A stretch of 61,065 nucleotides of DNA, the filler included, from Sluysia triapertura (Eukaryota): assembly GCA_046118255.1 (NCBI GenBank). It is 4 parts of 4 records of this genome, joined end to end, with 100 filler letters (N's around TTAATTAATTAA, not from the genome) between each part and the next. Parts side by side here need not be neighbours in the genome. Positions count along the whole stretch, not along the records: positions 12,983 to 27,555 come from JBJNIA010254855.1; 3 more parts are not named here. One strand, 5' to 3'. Shown here piece by piece: positions 13,063 through 27,655 of this stretch. The notes beneath the pieces are model-generated. The model was not told the DNA's origin, did not search any database, and saw only the letters and a program-made list of their open reading frames with translations. Within the stretch, counting starts at the first letter, position 1. The number at the start of each line of letters is the position of its first letter. A program made the position numbers and the translations under genes.

Positions 13063-13457
13063 TAATGCTTCTGAAATAACCAACAATATTGATGACGGTT
13101 GGCAGCACCATCAACCTGAAATATCAAAATATATAAAATAGCTAAATTTTTTTATGTTTAAGTAAAAAATTCGGCTTAATTAAGTTTTTTATTACTAAAT
13201 ACATGTAAGGAGTAATATTTACTTCTTCACGAAATTCTCTCAGTAAAATTTTTATAGAACAATTAAAAATCTTTTCTATTTTTTAAAGAAATACTGTTTC
13301 AAAAGTCAATTAAGTAAAAACATATATTGTTACTAATAATAGAAAATATAGTCATGTGGCAGAATGAAATTTATTGTTTATTTCAATATACATGAGATTT
13401 CTTTTTTTTAATGTTTTACTTCAAAATAATTTCCATAATTTTTTACATTACAAATAC

Positions 13458-13505
<48 letters not shown>

Positions 13506-14982
13506 TTACTTACTCACACAAAATTTTAATCCACCACAATACACTAAAATCACATTTTTACAATATCTAAACTATTCATTACATCAAAAATCATTAAAAT
13601 TATATTTAAAATATTAAAAATTTCTGTTAACCCCTTTAACGTTTATTATACTTTTTTTTACACTCCTTATAATTCTTTATAATCTTTCATTTTTATCCTT
13701 CCTTATCTTCTTTCACTAATAATGATCATGAAGAAAGGCTGGTTGATGAATTTATGTACATAAGTGCAAGCCTTTTGTATTGCGAAGAATTTGAAATTAT
13801 TTATTATTCGACACTAATGAAAATGCTGAAGATAGTTTTATCGATAGAAACAGAATTATCCAATGTCATTTTAAATGCTATAGTATGACTTATGTTAACG
13901 TTTCACAAGAAAGTTCCAAAAGAAATAAAGAATACTAATTCATTGTGTAAGAAGAAAAAGAAACAGAGAAAGCATTAGTTGAAATTAAGAAAGAGACTGA
14001 TAAGTCAGGATAAATGTAATACGTTTATTNNNNNNNNNNNNNNNNNNNNNNNNNNNNNNNNNNNNNNNNNNNNNNNNNNNNNNNNNNNNNNNNNNNNNNN
14101 NNNNNNNNNNNNNNNNNNNNNNNNNNNNNNNNNNNNNNNNNNNNNNNNNNNNNNNNNNTTACCATTAATATTATTACTATTTCATCATTTTATAAAAATT
14201 TTAATTATCCGAACTATCATATATGACAGTTTTTCATTTATATAATTCTGTATTATGGTAAAAAAAGTCATCATCTGACAGATTAATTTTTATTATGTTT
14301 AATTTCGTACATCAACAAAATTGGCTCCTAAAAATTTGTTCGGCAATCACTTGAAAATTTTATTGGTTGATTAGTTTAGTCAAAAAACACAATATTATAA
14401 TCAAAAAATACTTAGCATCTACAATTTTAAATTTATATCACGTTATTATGTTAAATGTTAAAAAACGTCAAAACTTAATTTTCAATGAATTTCTATGTGG
14501 AATTGAACCAGGATGTTTTGTGATAAATAATTTTTTACGGTAATCACGTTAATTTAAATGATGTAAATTTTCATACTAATCAATTATAAGATGTCAAAAT
14601 ATATTAATACAATCTATTATCAAATTAATATGAACGTGTATCGAATTACAGATATAACTTTGTCATGATTACATTATCTCTTTTATGGTTTGAATTAATT
14701 CAGAGTGTAGATTTAGATTTAACTCATGTTGTCCTTCAAATTAAATCCATTGTTAAAGTTAATTCAAAACCCTTAAATATTAAACAAGACGAAATCAGTC
14801 TTGGGTAATTTTTTTATTTATGGTATCAAATTTATTATCTAAGAAATCAAATTTGAAAATTAAATTTTATCTATCACATCCTGTAAATCATTAATATCAG
14901 TAACAGTTCATTTAGTTTACATAAGCTAATTTGCAAAGTGTTCATTTACATATAAGATTATGTAAAATTCAATAGTTAATAG

Positions 14983-15300
14983 ATGATAAAATTGACAATT
15001 TATGACTTACGTTTTTATTTTAATAAACAAATGGATGACTATTACAAACTGCTCAAAGTACAATTCGAGATAAGTAACGAAGTTCAATTATTCAAAGATG
15101 AACTCAATGATGAACAGAAGACATTATGTCAATTGTTAGTTATTGAGAACGATAATAAACTCTTAAAAATTAAAGTTTTTCATTCAGGTTATCATCAAGC
15201 TAGTGATGAAGTTTTCAAACGAGTCGAACCTTACGCAACAGTAAAGTTTTGTAATATCATAGATGATTTGAGACTTATTAATAAAGACGAAGTTATAAAA
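14983..15300 (+). pseudogene. Coding-like segment, possibly an OB-fold, downstream of a degenerate hairpin module
   Basis: Protein-like composition: LCQLLVIENDNKLLKIKVF..DEVFKRVEPYATVKFCNI, preceded by AG. The fold call is a guess. Confidence 0.3.
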
Positions 15301-15814
15301 ATTTTTTATTTAATATTAATAAAAAGGTATTGTATTCATTATATAAAAATGATAATATATAAAAGTCTTCTTTCCGTAATAATGAAAAGATTTCATCTTA
15401 AAGAATTTATTATAAGCACAAATAATTTGATTAAAAAAATTATTGTTATGATCGATAATATTTTAATAATGAAATTTTATCATGTAAACTTTACATTTTT
15501 AATATAAAGGCAGAATTATGTTAATAAGTGTTTTCATAATAATGTTATTTTAATCAATATTACAATTTATTTGAAATTTTTCATTTAATTTTAAATGTTT
15601 TCAACAAAAAAATTTATTTATCCATAAATCTTATATATCCCAGGAAGATTTTTACTAAGAATAATATTCTCACAATTTATATTATTATCGTTGTAATAAT
15701 TTAAAATTGTTTAATTTACAAAATATCTTTAATTTAGCTGAAATTGATTTCTATTAGAAGATTTAATTTTATTATTATAAAATTATTTTAATTTTGAGTT
15801 ATTTTTTATTGAAT

Positions 15815-16340
15815 TTAAGCAAAAAGATAAAATTTGAAATTTATAAATTGTAACTGAAGGTCTGTAGATATAAAATTTATTGAATCAAAAATAAAAGATT
15901 TAATGTTTATATTGTTTGTTCCGTATATGCTGTTTTCTGATGACCATGCATCACTATCTGAAAAATAATCCAAAGTCAAGTTATTTTTAATATAATCGTA
16001 AAAAATATTTATCATATCATTATAAACAGAACCAATATTGTCAAATATCTCTGGAGTTGGTACACCGATACTTACGAATAAGTTTGTGAGTCTAGAGAAA
16101 TGATCAGTTCGGAATGCATAGTTGACTTCATCATCCAGCAATTGATCCTAATTTTGTACACTCACCATCTTGGTAAGCTGTATATGGACAAAGTACAGGT
16201 TTACGACATACATCTGCATTTGCAACGAATTGAATTAAAAGTAGTCGGTTGGACGGGTATTAAATTCTTGAATATATTATTAGGTTTTTGTTCATTACGA
16301 GAATTAATATAATGACATACTGGACACTTATCCAAGCTGT
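15815..16340 (-). pseudogene. Relic ORF continuing the G/T-rich arm of the hairpin module (Cys-rich, then acidic/aromatic)
   Basis: HSLDKCPVCHY..SIRCKCRCMS*TCTLS, followed by ORF 15815-16141. Family unidentified. Confidence 0.3.
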
Positions 16341-16812
16341 GGTGGTCAGCCTTTCAAATTTTATAAAAATCCTTTTCACAATATTACAAAATCATATAAA
16401 CCCTCAAAATCTACAATTCATATTCAAAGTCAGTATAAAACCATATCAAACTAAACCAACACATTGTACATAAAACCATATCCTTTAACAATTTAACATT
16501 CTCACATGTATCTTCTCTGCATTCACCAAAACAATTTATCTACTAAAGTCAATTTATATCCACAGTCTCATAACGTATAAACCACAATAACATTCTAAAT
16601 CATTAAACTGCATTAAAAAGTTATCTAAAGTATTGTATCTCTTATCTCAAAACAACTCAAGCATAATAATATTCCAAAGTATTTAGGCCATAATCATTTA
16701 CATTTTAATAACACTTCAGCTAGAAATACTATCTTAACATTAGGATGAGGTATCATCAAAACTTATAAGTTAATCAGAAAATATCGTGTTCCTTCTTTAT
16801 CTCTAACTTTTA

Positions 16813-17160
16813 AATATGTTAAGAATATTAAGACATAACAGAAAGCTCGTGTACAGAACTTTTTTCAAAGAATTTATGTATTTTATTTTATTATTTTATT
16901 TTATTTAATATTGATAATAATAGTAATATTATTGTTATTATTAATATTACCATTTTACTAATTTACCAATATTTACGTTGAAAATAAGTAACTACCACCA
17001 TGAATGCTGACATTACTGATTAATGTATATAAATTCACGTATATATCTCTAAATCAATACACTCACTACTAACTATATTCTTTATTTTTTCTGGTCATCC
17101 AATCAGAGCAAAAATAACTGTAACTTCTATCTCAATGTCTCTGGTTGGATGACCAATCAA
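16813..17160 (+). repeat. Multi-hairpin module, copy 1
   Basis: Shared block ATATGTTAAGAA..ACAGAAAG..AAGAATTTATG, an AT-rich inverted repeat, and the IR TGGTCATCCAATCAGAG (17092-17108) / CTCTGGTTGGATGACCA (17139-17155). Confidence 0.75.
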
Positions 17161-17263
17161 TGGTCATGTTATGCAGACATGGTTTTTATTTCAAATATTT
17201 TACTAACTTACTACGGTTAAAAATAATTAAAAAAGAAATAAAGAAGACGAAGAAATTGTTGAT

Positions 17264-17593
17264 ATGACTTATTCAATAGATGACCGTAGACCTTTATGTT
17301 TACTGAAATTAAATGTAATTAGAAATGCTACTCTTAATGATGATAATGACTTAATTAAACGATCGAAAAGCTATTTCTCAGATGATAAAGATGATGATAA
17401 TGATCTAGCTAAACGATTGAAGAGTTATTTTATAAATCTTGAAGATGACTATAAGAGCAATGATGACACTGATCATGACGGTGATTATGATGATGAAAAT
17501 GGTGAAGAACACGAAGATTATTATCAAGAAAATTTTAAAGGCAATTTGGAAAACAATACGAATAATAATACTAGGAATCAATTCACACTATAA
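17264..17593 (+). CDS. Acidic low-complexity ORF of unknown function (module cargo)
   Basis: 109-aa ORF with an internal duplication DDNDL.KR.KSYF and a D/E-rich tract, directly downstream of module copy 1. Confidence 0.35.
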   Translation: MTYSIDDRRPLCLLKLNVIRNATLNDDNDLIKRSKSYFSDDKDDDNDLAKRLKSYFINLEDDYKSNDDTDHDGDYDDENGEEHEDYYQENFKGNLENNTNNNTRNQFTL

Positions 17594-19642
17594 AATTCCA
17601 TACAAAACACTTTGGTCGGTATACATCCAAATAACGTAATTTATGAACAAGACTCAGAACTAAATAATCAAACCAACAGTATCAGTAGTGTTAAAGTAAA
17701 ATTTTGTAAATTATACCATAAAACATCATTAGTTATATTTTTTTGTTTTAGATTTTAGAACTAATTCAATTGTAGTAAGGCATACTTTGGAAAAATTTGA
17801 TTCAATAAATGTAACGACATTTTTTAGTAATAAATTTAAAAAATGTGTTATTTTTATTATATTCTCTATTTCCCTCTACTAATATGTTATATAAATAATA
17901 AAAACATAATAATCAAACATGTTAATATTAAGTCTTTTTGTACAATGTTGTCGGATGCTCAACAACACAATTGCAAACCATATTGTCATTTTTAGGTCAT
18001 TTCTTATTTGTATATTTTAAGAATCACACGTTATTTTATTTTATCATGATACTTTGAGACTATATTTTATTAATTAATTTTACTATGATGTATCCTCTGT
18101 AAATTTTATGTTCTTAACGATGTTTATTTTGGTTTAACCCTCTATGATCAATGTAACTTTAAGCTCACAAGCTAGTACTCCTACATTTTACCAAATTATT
18201 TTATTTTGTATTGTTTTATTTTAATTTTATGTTTTAACAAGTTACAATACCACATTTAAATTCATTAATGTCTCAACAAAATGACAATTTTCCAAAATTT
18301 CACACTGGTGCTAATTTTAATTTAACGCTAGCGCATTTTGAGTTCTATAAAAAAAGAAAATTAGTATACAAAAAATTTATATCGACATAAAATTTTATCC
18401 TAAATTTAGATTTGGTCATGAAAAGGAAAATAGTTCCCATAAAACTAATAGTCTTAATTAATCTTCAAAGGTAAAAATATTCCTTTATCAGTAATTGTTT
18501 AAATTGGTAAAAAGAGAGAATTCAGAGTTTTGGTCAGTTCATAAGAAAATTATTCGACGAACTAAAAACATTCATGAACGTTTCTGGCACCCGACAGTCG
18601 GAGTTCAAGTAGAATGTAATTTCATGCAATCTGTTGAACTCAGTCTTCTAAACTATTTCAATTCATTTGCTACAAAAATAACAGTAGGAGATAAATTTAG
18701 TTTTTGTTTTGCCTTAATAGCTTTTAGAAGTAGTGTAATAGATAATGGTCTTTATTTTTATTGTGTTAATTCAGCAATAATGGACCTTAAGTCCTATTTT
18801 CGTTTAATTGTTAAAATTGATTATAATAATTTTAAATCTCAATATGAAATTTTGAATATTGAACGTTTTTTTACATTCTTAAATAAATATTTTAAATTAT
18901 TAAATGATAATATTAAGCTAAAGATAATATTAAATGATAATATTAAGCTAGACATAATTATCCAGTATTTATGTCTAATATTATCGGCGTTATTATTTTT
19001 GCTACAATTGCAACAATTCTTGATTTTATTCTTATCTGATTTCATTGACGTTTTTAATGTTTTTGAATTTATTTCCCATTTCTGTTAATGTAATGAGTAT
19101 TCTTATTTGGTTCATTAATTTCATCAATTGATTCTGCAGTTGTTTCAGTTATCTTTAATAAAGATAATATAATATAATTCATTTAAAATAAGAGTTAATA
19201 AGAATTTATATTATTTGGTCATTATTAAATGATGGTGTATTTATGGTATATTGCTCTATTCAATCGATGCAATTTTTCTTCCGTCAGCGTGATGTTATTT
19301 AATGAAAATTTGTTCGAGAACTATGTTAGATTAATATTGTTCATTGCGTTTAATCAATCTTTTGTTCTTTACTTGTTATTTTTCTAAAGGGTTAATTGCT
19401 CATTTAAATGTAGTTGATTTAATTTCACTAGGCCTACTTTAATATTTTCAAAATTAAAAATAGATATAAACAAAATTCTAAAAAAAGAGCTGAAGATAAA
19501 CAAAATACATTTGCAGGAGCAAAAATGATAAGAACAAAATTCTTGAATCATCATAGCATCCCTAAAACAAACGAAATTTTTTAGTAATTGCAAAAATAGG
19601 AAAATCCTTTCATTAAATTATGCACACTTGAAATGATCCATT

Positions 19643-19677
<35 letters not shown>

Positions 19678-19879
19678 ATTTGTAATCTAGTCAATACGTT
19701 CATTAAGCAGTGAGAAAGTTGATAAAAACTAAAAAATGTTGATTTTAGTGAAGGTACATAATTATACCTAGATTAAAAATATATATGGAAATATGCACTT
19801 CTCATGATAAAGTAATGATTTTATAGAAAAAAGCATACTATAAATGAACATAACGAACAATTTTAGAAACAATGATTCC

Positions 19880-19950
19880 ATTTAGAACTAATTGAATTAA
19901 AATATACACCATACAGTCCTGACTCGGCTCCTAGTGATTTTCATTGTTCA
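19880..19950 (+). mobile_element. Mariner transposase fragment
   Basis: ELIELKYTPYSPDSAPSDFH matches the YSPDLAPSD motif of DD34D mariners. Confidence 0.7.
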
Positions 19951-22900
19951 AACACTAAAAGCGATCATAAGTTTCTAAATTACTAATTATTATCATCAAA
20001 TATTTCTCAGGGAAACCAGAAGAAACATGAAATATCTTATAACCAGAACTAAATGTTGGAACGAATTACATCAGATTTTATTACAAAACCCACTCTAAAT
20101 TACATAATTCTTAAATATTTCACAGCCTTTCTTACATTATATATCTTAAAACTTTCACAACTTACAATGTCATTCAATCAAACATTTTAAACATCAGCCT
20201 ATAAATCATCCACATACTGAGGCAATTCAAATTGAATATCAATTGAATATCAAATTGAATCCACTTGTTGAATCCACTTCAGATTTTTCTAAAATACTGA
20301 ATAGCAACATTCTACAGTAGAAAGCTCACACTTTACAATACCAAATTAATTTTACAAACTCATCCTATAGATAATTATAGGTGCCCAATATTAAAATATT
20401 GCTGCAACATAATTCAGTAAATTCACTTCGTATCACATATTTAGCAAGCACCATATATGCTTGCAGCATTACTATGTCCGACATCAAGATCTGATAGACA
20501 GATACCAAATAATACGCGAATTTATGCAAAATCGTGTAAAAGAAGTTAAAACAAACTCAAATAAAAGATAGTTTTTTAAATATAATAATAATATCTGAAA
20601 AACAAACTTAGTTTATCGTTTGATTCTGAATCCAGAAGAGGCAGTTACTTTAACAAGCGATGTAATTTTATTCAACGCCTTTTTATACCTATGATAATTA
20701 CTTGGATATGTGCAATTTCTGTGACCTAGGGTAAATTTTCGTAATACAAAATCTTCTTATAATAATACCGACATTATATCAGAAATTGTTCAAGTTTGAA
20801 GTCACGTTCTTATGGATTAACTACAACAACCCTAACTACTCTAACAACAGTTAGTCACATTAATCCTAATCTAACACATAAAATAAATAAATTTCGAGTA
20901 CTTTAACACAAACAAACAGGAATACCACCAAAATACCACTCAGCAATAATATCTTGCAGAAATTATTCTTATTCATTAAGCTTTTCTAATAAAGCATTAT
21001 TGTATTTACAATTATTACAGCACCAACTGGCATTTAATAATCTATATCGTTTTATTTTATGCTTAAAACTTGCTTTATTTTAATGTTAAAAAAAATTTAT
21101 ACATTAAATTTTGTCTAATATTGTTTAAGTTTTGTAAAAAATTATATAAATAATTTTTGTAAAATATTATCTGTTATTCATGTATTATTTAATATTAAAT
21201 TACAATTCGTTAAATAAAAATTAGATTAGAAAATGTTATTATTATCTAATGTGAATTTTATTTGATCAAAAATTATTTACTGTCTCAAAAAGATTTTATT
21301 ATGGAAAAACAAGAGAAATAAAACAGTAATTTAAATTAAATATGTAAAGGACTATTTTTATAAACAGTGTGCAAAACAAAAAAACTATTCAGAAAATTAA
21401 TTTTAAAATGACTTTTTACGTATTTGAAAAAGGTACTTTTCTTGTTTGGATTTTTGGAAATAGTTTATCGGAGACAGTTTATCGTCAATTAATGCCGGTT
21501 CCAGTTACATCATAGTGATTATACAGTGAAGAAAAATTTAATAATTTATCAGCAGACTCGTATTATTCCATAGATTCATAAGTTTTGTTTGCGTAGGGTC
21601 AAGCTGTAATACTTTAAAATCTAGTAGCTTTAAAATCTACTCAAAATATAATCTTTTCGACTCCTCAAGTATTACACTATTTGAGAGGGTTATAAAAATT
21701 TTATCTATAATTTTCTTGAAATTTATAAATTATCTCAATTTTTGTTATTATTTTTGCTGTAGTTATATAAAAAATTAATTTCAAGTAATTAATTAACTTT
21801 TCAACTACTTTAAAATTTAAAATATTAGTTAATTCAACATTTAAAACATTAACAACAAACAAGTTGAACCTTTTTATTAAAGTCTATGAATAATATAAAA
21901 ACAAAAAACTTTTACATTGTCTAAGTGATAAGAATGAAACTGTCAGCACATTTTACTTCATCTTCATCAAGTTTGTATAATATAATTGGCGAAATTACAA
22001 CAAATAATATATTCATCTTAATATACTCTTTATGAATCTTTTCTTTTTTCAAAAAGAAATAAAATTATACACAACTAATGGATAAGTAAAACACGCTAAT
22101 GATAAAACCAAATCCGGAATTTACTGAATTTACTGTAATATTTCCATTCAGGTAAACATTTAAGCGAAGAAATTAATATAGTCATTACTGCAACATGATT
22201 CAGTGTTACATGAAATGTTTCAAATGATTTAAAGTTTAAATTTTCATAAAAGAATGTGTTATTTTCTTTCAAATCGTTATGAAGATTTTTGTGTAAAATT
22301 GTACTGTTCCAGCTTGTTATAAAAATTATTTTGTAAATTTGTCATTTGTTCCCTCCTTATATATAAATTTTACTGGCTTTGGTCAGATCATTCTTTAAAA
22401 TAAATTTTTAATTTAATAAAATAAAATGTATAATTTTAAAATTTTAATAAATATTGAAGATATTAAAAATAAAAATTTAATTAATATTTACAAAAGTTCC
22501 AAATTTAATATTTACAAGATAAAACATAAATAAAACATACTTTTAATAAAATAATTGTCCGAAATAAAATGTATAAAAATTTCTAATTAAAAATCAATAA
22601 TTATAAATATTAAAAGTTTTACATGTATGAGTACCAACACAAGTAATAAATCAATAAATCAATAAATCAAAGATCATGATTTACAATAAAATTAGTAGCA
22701 CGTAATTTTATAATTATAATTGGAAACTATTTTTCCATTAGTTTTGGAGAACTTGAAATAGTTTATGATATGATTATAAAGTAATTATTAAATTTATATT
22801 TACTTATTTATTAAGGGTGGTAATGATTATGAAATTGCGAATGATTCTAGTACTATTAGTTATTCAGTTTCAAGTCCAGAAGATACCAAACGAATATTAA

Positions 22901-23261
22901 AAGAAATGCTGAATATATAATTTAGAATATGATGTTACTGTTTCGGACATACGGCATTTTATTTACATAAAATAGTATAAAAAGTTATGAATTTTCTTTA
23001 AAACTTTCAAAATTTCTTAATAAATCCTTTTGGTATTAAATATTTTGTATAAGATGCTTCTTTAAGTTACAAATAATTCAATAATTAAAATTGCTTTATA
23101 CTTATATATAAATTTTGCTCTAACAATTGTGATATTTATAAATTTAGTTTTGAAAAATCGTTTTAAATCAGTATATATTGATTACTAACTGGATTTTAAA
23201 ATATTTATCGATTTTTTAAATTAATAATTGCAATATTTAAAGATAATCTTGGTAGATCTAT

Positions 23262-23337
<76 letters not shown>

Positions 23338-24662
23338 TATGTTTTAACCATGAATAAGAGTCAAAATGTATAAAATTTATTAATCCGCATACTTGTAAAA
23401 CAAGTAAACTCAATAATATATTGGCGATGTGTCGTGATGACAAGGTGACGAATCATAAACGGATGACATAAACGGATCATTCAACAATAAGTGAGCTGTA
23501 AATTACAATCCATACATTCAATAAAAAGAACCGATTTATTGATTCTCGAAAAATATAAAAGGCTAAACAATTTACTGGTAAATAATTTTTGTTATTTGAT
23601 TCTAGCCGGGATGAAAATTAAATTTTAATGTTGCCAATTATTTAGTTCAGTAATATTATAATATCTTTGTTACAAAATAAGCGCCACGAAACTAACTCTA
23701 AACTCTTTAAGTATTTTAAGCAATGTCGAAATCGCAATAATAACAATGTGAAAAAATTATGAGAGGATAATTTTTTCATTTATCACAACATTGGGCAAAA
23801 AGTTAAGGGTGAACAAGGAATGTGACAGCATTTCAATGAAATATGTGAATCAAATTTTGCTTTAAACGTTCAATTTTTACATAATGAAACAAGATTTAAC
23901 TCAAAACTTAAATAATTGCATGTTCAAGCAAAATGAAGCTTTGCTAAATTCATTATTGAATTATTTTGAAGACATTGGTGACAAAATAATAAGTCTTCGA
24001 ATGCCAATGGAACTGCTATGATGTCAGCAATATCTCTAGAAGGATTATTCAGTTTGGAGATTTATCGACACTTCTAAGAAATAACAAGCCATAAAAAAGT
24101 TAAAGTTAGAATAATATCATTCTGGACGTCCAGTTTAGAAAAAATGGTTTCAAATTACGCCACGTTTAATTATAATATACAAATCATATATCTATAATTT
24201 GTATATTAAGAATTAAACATACGACATTCGATTTTTTCTTTATTCTTGTTTTAATAATTTTATTTTCAATGTTTTGTCCGGGAATCCTTATCTTACTTAT
24301 AATTTTATGGATCTTAAATTTCCTGTATACCTCTACCTCATTATATTAAGACACTTTCTTTAATATGTAAAATTCATTTCTCAAAATCGGGTACCCTAAA
24401 TTTGTATTCTCATCGAGAAATCAAATTCTTGATTGACGATAAATGTTTACTAATTAAGACAACAAATCAGTAATTTTCTAGTTTTTTAAAGAATTGCAGA
24501 AATAAACATTTGTCATAGGTATCCTTAAAGCCAATAATCGCAATAATATTTCATAACGAAACATATATATAGAATGTAACAATTTTAATTTCTTATTTTT
24601 CATTATCCAATGATAAAAATTCGAGATAATAATAATAATCCGTTCACTGTAATAATATTCAG

Positions 24663-24756
24663 AAAAATCTATTCCGAAAACGAATTATGTGAAATTGGAA
24701 AAGGGTCTTTTGGGACTGTTTTTAAATGTGTCACTAACGAAGATGTTGCAGTAAAA
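24663..24756 (+). CDS. Protein kinase exon (subdomains I-II)
   Basis: ttcag|..KIYSENELCEIGKGSFGTVFKCVTNEDVAVK|gttatt, containing the Gly-rich loop and VAVK. Confidence 0.85.
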
Positions 24757-24826
<70 letters not shown>

Positions 24827-26020
24827 TACAAGCTATTTTATTCGAAAAACTAACTTACAAAAAGAAAAGCTCCTTAGAACGACATCTACAGGATTTAACG
24901 CAGGAAAGTTACGTATTAAACTTACAAGAAATTCGAAGGACTATTCTACTTCTGATAGTTTTATTACAAAGTCTATCTCTTTATCGTATTTATTCCTTAG
25001 ATTCGATTTCACTAAGTTGCTGATGTCATTCTGATTTGACTTATTACATTTAACCGACTTATGAAGAGTAATTGGCCTTTAAGTTAATTCGTAATCTTGA
25101 CCTTATTTTTAGAACAATTGCCCTATTTCATTTCTATACGATATGAAGGGTAATATTTCTGCTTGTTCTTTAAATCTAGGACTTTTCCTACTAATGAATG
25201 AACGTTAACTTTTTTTTACTTAAATCATACATAATGAATAAAGACGAAAACATATATTCAAAAAATATACACCGCCACAAATAGAACTATTGGAATACAC
25301 AACTGAAAATGAGTTATAGTACAAATGGTAATGATAATAATGATAAGTAATAATATTGTAATATTAACCTAATATCTCAATTTGTCTTATTTAAATATTT
25401 TAGAAATAATTTATCACTAACTTCAAATTAGCGCAAAAAAGTAGAAATTTTAAATAATAATTTATTTCTACAGTTAAAGAAAATCACGAAATCACAAGTA
25501 ATTAAGTTCAAATCGATATATTGATTGTGATGAATGTGTTTCTGTAGCTCCGGGCCGAGTTACTAATCTTTGTTAATTATTTGTGCTTGAATAATCATAA
25601 TGGTGTGGGTTCTTCAAGCAAAATGAATCTAGTCGGAGGATCCAAATAATATTATTCGTATTCTATAACAAAATTTGTTGTAGTTGATATCGTTATAATA
25701 ATTATCGCAACAGAGTGTAAGTAATCGGTGGATCATAAGTTGTTTAAAATTTTACTTTAATAATTTTTATTAGTTAATTCAAAATTTTATTTACTTTTTA
25801 TACTGCTACTCGTCACGCTTTATTAGTTTTTTATGATTTTTTATTACCACTTTAAAATTTTATCACAATTAAAAAGTTTTTTTACTATATAGTTTTCAAT
25901 ATAATCATTTTATATTATTATATGGAGCATAATTTTGACATTTTCTTGTGCAGAAATGATGGAAACAATCAAATATATTTATTTTAACAGGATGTTGCTT
26001 TACAATTAAAAATATTATGA

Positions 26021-26311
26021 CAAGTCCACAAATCGATCCTGGACACAATCTTCATCTATTATGAAAATGCTTATACTACCAGTGAGGTATAAACAAAAAA
26101 AAATATTCAATATTTTCACAAATTTGTTTTGATTGACCAGCAAGTCCTTCTTTTTCATTGGACTAAAACGTTACAGGGCACTTCTCAAAACTATGGATTT
26201 TATTCTTGTTGACCTTATGAAACATCAAATGTACAAAAAACAAAGTAATTCACTTGAAATGTTCGAGAGTGTATTTTTTCATTTTGTCCAGGATCAATTT
26301 GTGTGAACCTA
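26021..26311. mobile_element. MITE-like element in the kinase intron
   Basis: Imperfect terminal IRs CACAAATCGATCCTGGACACAAT / ATTTTGTCCAGGATCAATTTGTG. Confidence 0.55.
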
Positions 26312-26378
26312 CTAATTTTCCCGAAATACTCTTTAATAGTATAAAATTTATTAAGCAAATTTTATATTTTTAATTAAG

Positions 26379-26528
26379 ATATTTAATTCGCCTAAATTTT
26401 CTGTCGAAGAAATATCAATTCTCAATGAACTTCCACATCACGACAACATTGTTAAATATTACAATTGTTATTGTTTTGAAACATGTGGAAATTTCAAAGT
26501 TTGTATAGAATTGGAATTTATTGATGGA
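26379..26528 (+). CDS. Protein kinase exon (subdomains III-V)
   Basis: taag|IFNSPKFSVEEISILNELPHHDNIVKYYNCYCFETCGNFKVCIELEFIDG|gtatgt. 150 nt, phase 0, in frame with the previous exon. Confidence 0.88.
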
Positions 26529-27555
26529 GTATGTTTATTTTGTAATTATTTTCGATAAACTTTAGAAAAATAATCAAAATTTTATTTAAAAATTAATAAG
26601 TTACATAAATAGTAGTACAGATATGTTTATTGGATTATTCTACGTTGAGTTCTTTTAGTTATTCAGGTAATGTTGATAATGATTCACGAATACTAGCTTA
26701 TCTAACTTGTTTAAAATTTAACTTAATTCGAAATATTCATATGTAATGTGAATATTATATTTGTCTCGGTTGTTCGAAATAGAGGTGCTTAATAAACAAT
26801 TTATTTTATGAGTTTTCTTGATTTAAATTTCTAGTTGGATTTGGAAATCAATTGAACTTAATTTATAAAACGTATTCTTTATTTATTTATTTGATTAAGT
26901 TATGTAAAGCATATCTTTTAACACTATATATTATTTCGTAAGGTAGACTTCACAACAACTTTATTTTATCGTAGCAAATCTTAGAATAACTATGCTTTAT
27001 CTCAACAAATTGTCTTTAGCTTTAAAAACTTTAATTCCCTTTGTTAAAACTTTAATTTCTCAGTCCTTTATTAGACTTTATTCTATTCAGACTCTATCAG
27101 ACTTTCAAAACTTTACTATGCTTTATAAAAATTTTAATTAGCTTTATAAGAACTTTACTTAACTATATAGAAATTTTAATTCTAATTTTTATGATTTCAC
27201 TTTAATGTGAACTTTATGTAATTCTAAACTCTACTTTCAATCCCCTTATGTTAAATTTTTCTGTTCTAAAATAAAGGTTAAATCACGCAAACGAGAACTT
27301 TTATTTAAATAAAGCAATATTATATATAAATATAAATGTATAAATATTATGAAAAATTCAATTAAGTTAGGCCAAAAATAAATACTTACTCGCAGCACTT
27401 CAAATTAGTAAATATATCAATAGTCTTTGAATAATGCCAAGGATCCATGTCGAATTACTCTGATTAATGTCTTCTGGTTGTAGTGGTCAACCCCATAAGT
27501 TAAGATTGAAAATAACCTCATTAAAATAATTTCAATCACAATCATACTCTGTAAC

Positions 27556-27655
27556 NNNNNNNNNNNNNNNNNNNNNNNNNNNNNNNNNNNNNNNNNNNNT
27601 TAATTAATTAANNNNNNNNNNNNNNNNNNNNNNNNNNNNNNNNNNNNNNNNNNNN
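27556..27655. other. Artificial scaffold-joining spacer
   Basis: N44-TTAATTAATTAA-N44. Confidence 0.97.

Noticed and set aside
18495-19088. 197-aa plus-strand ORF
   Set aside because: Composition suggests the antisense of a decayed minus-strand sequence; it includes a 30-bp tandem duplication and has no recognisable motif.
23600-24160. Possible hAT transposase relic (also ~52430-52600)
   Set aside because: Only vague motif resemblance; no TIR/TSD pair found.
24757-25023. Poly-isoleucine 'transmembrane' stretch in the kinase ORF
   Set aside because: It is read-through of an intronic (ATT)n array; the kinase continues at 26379.
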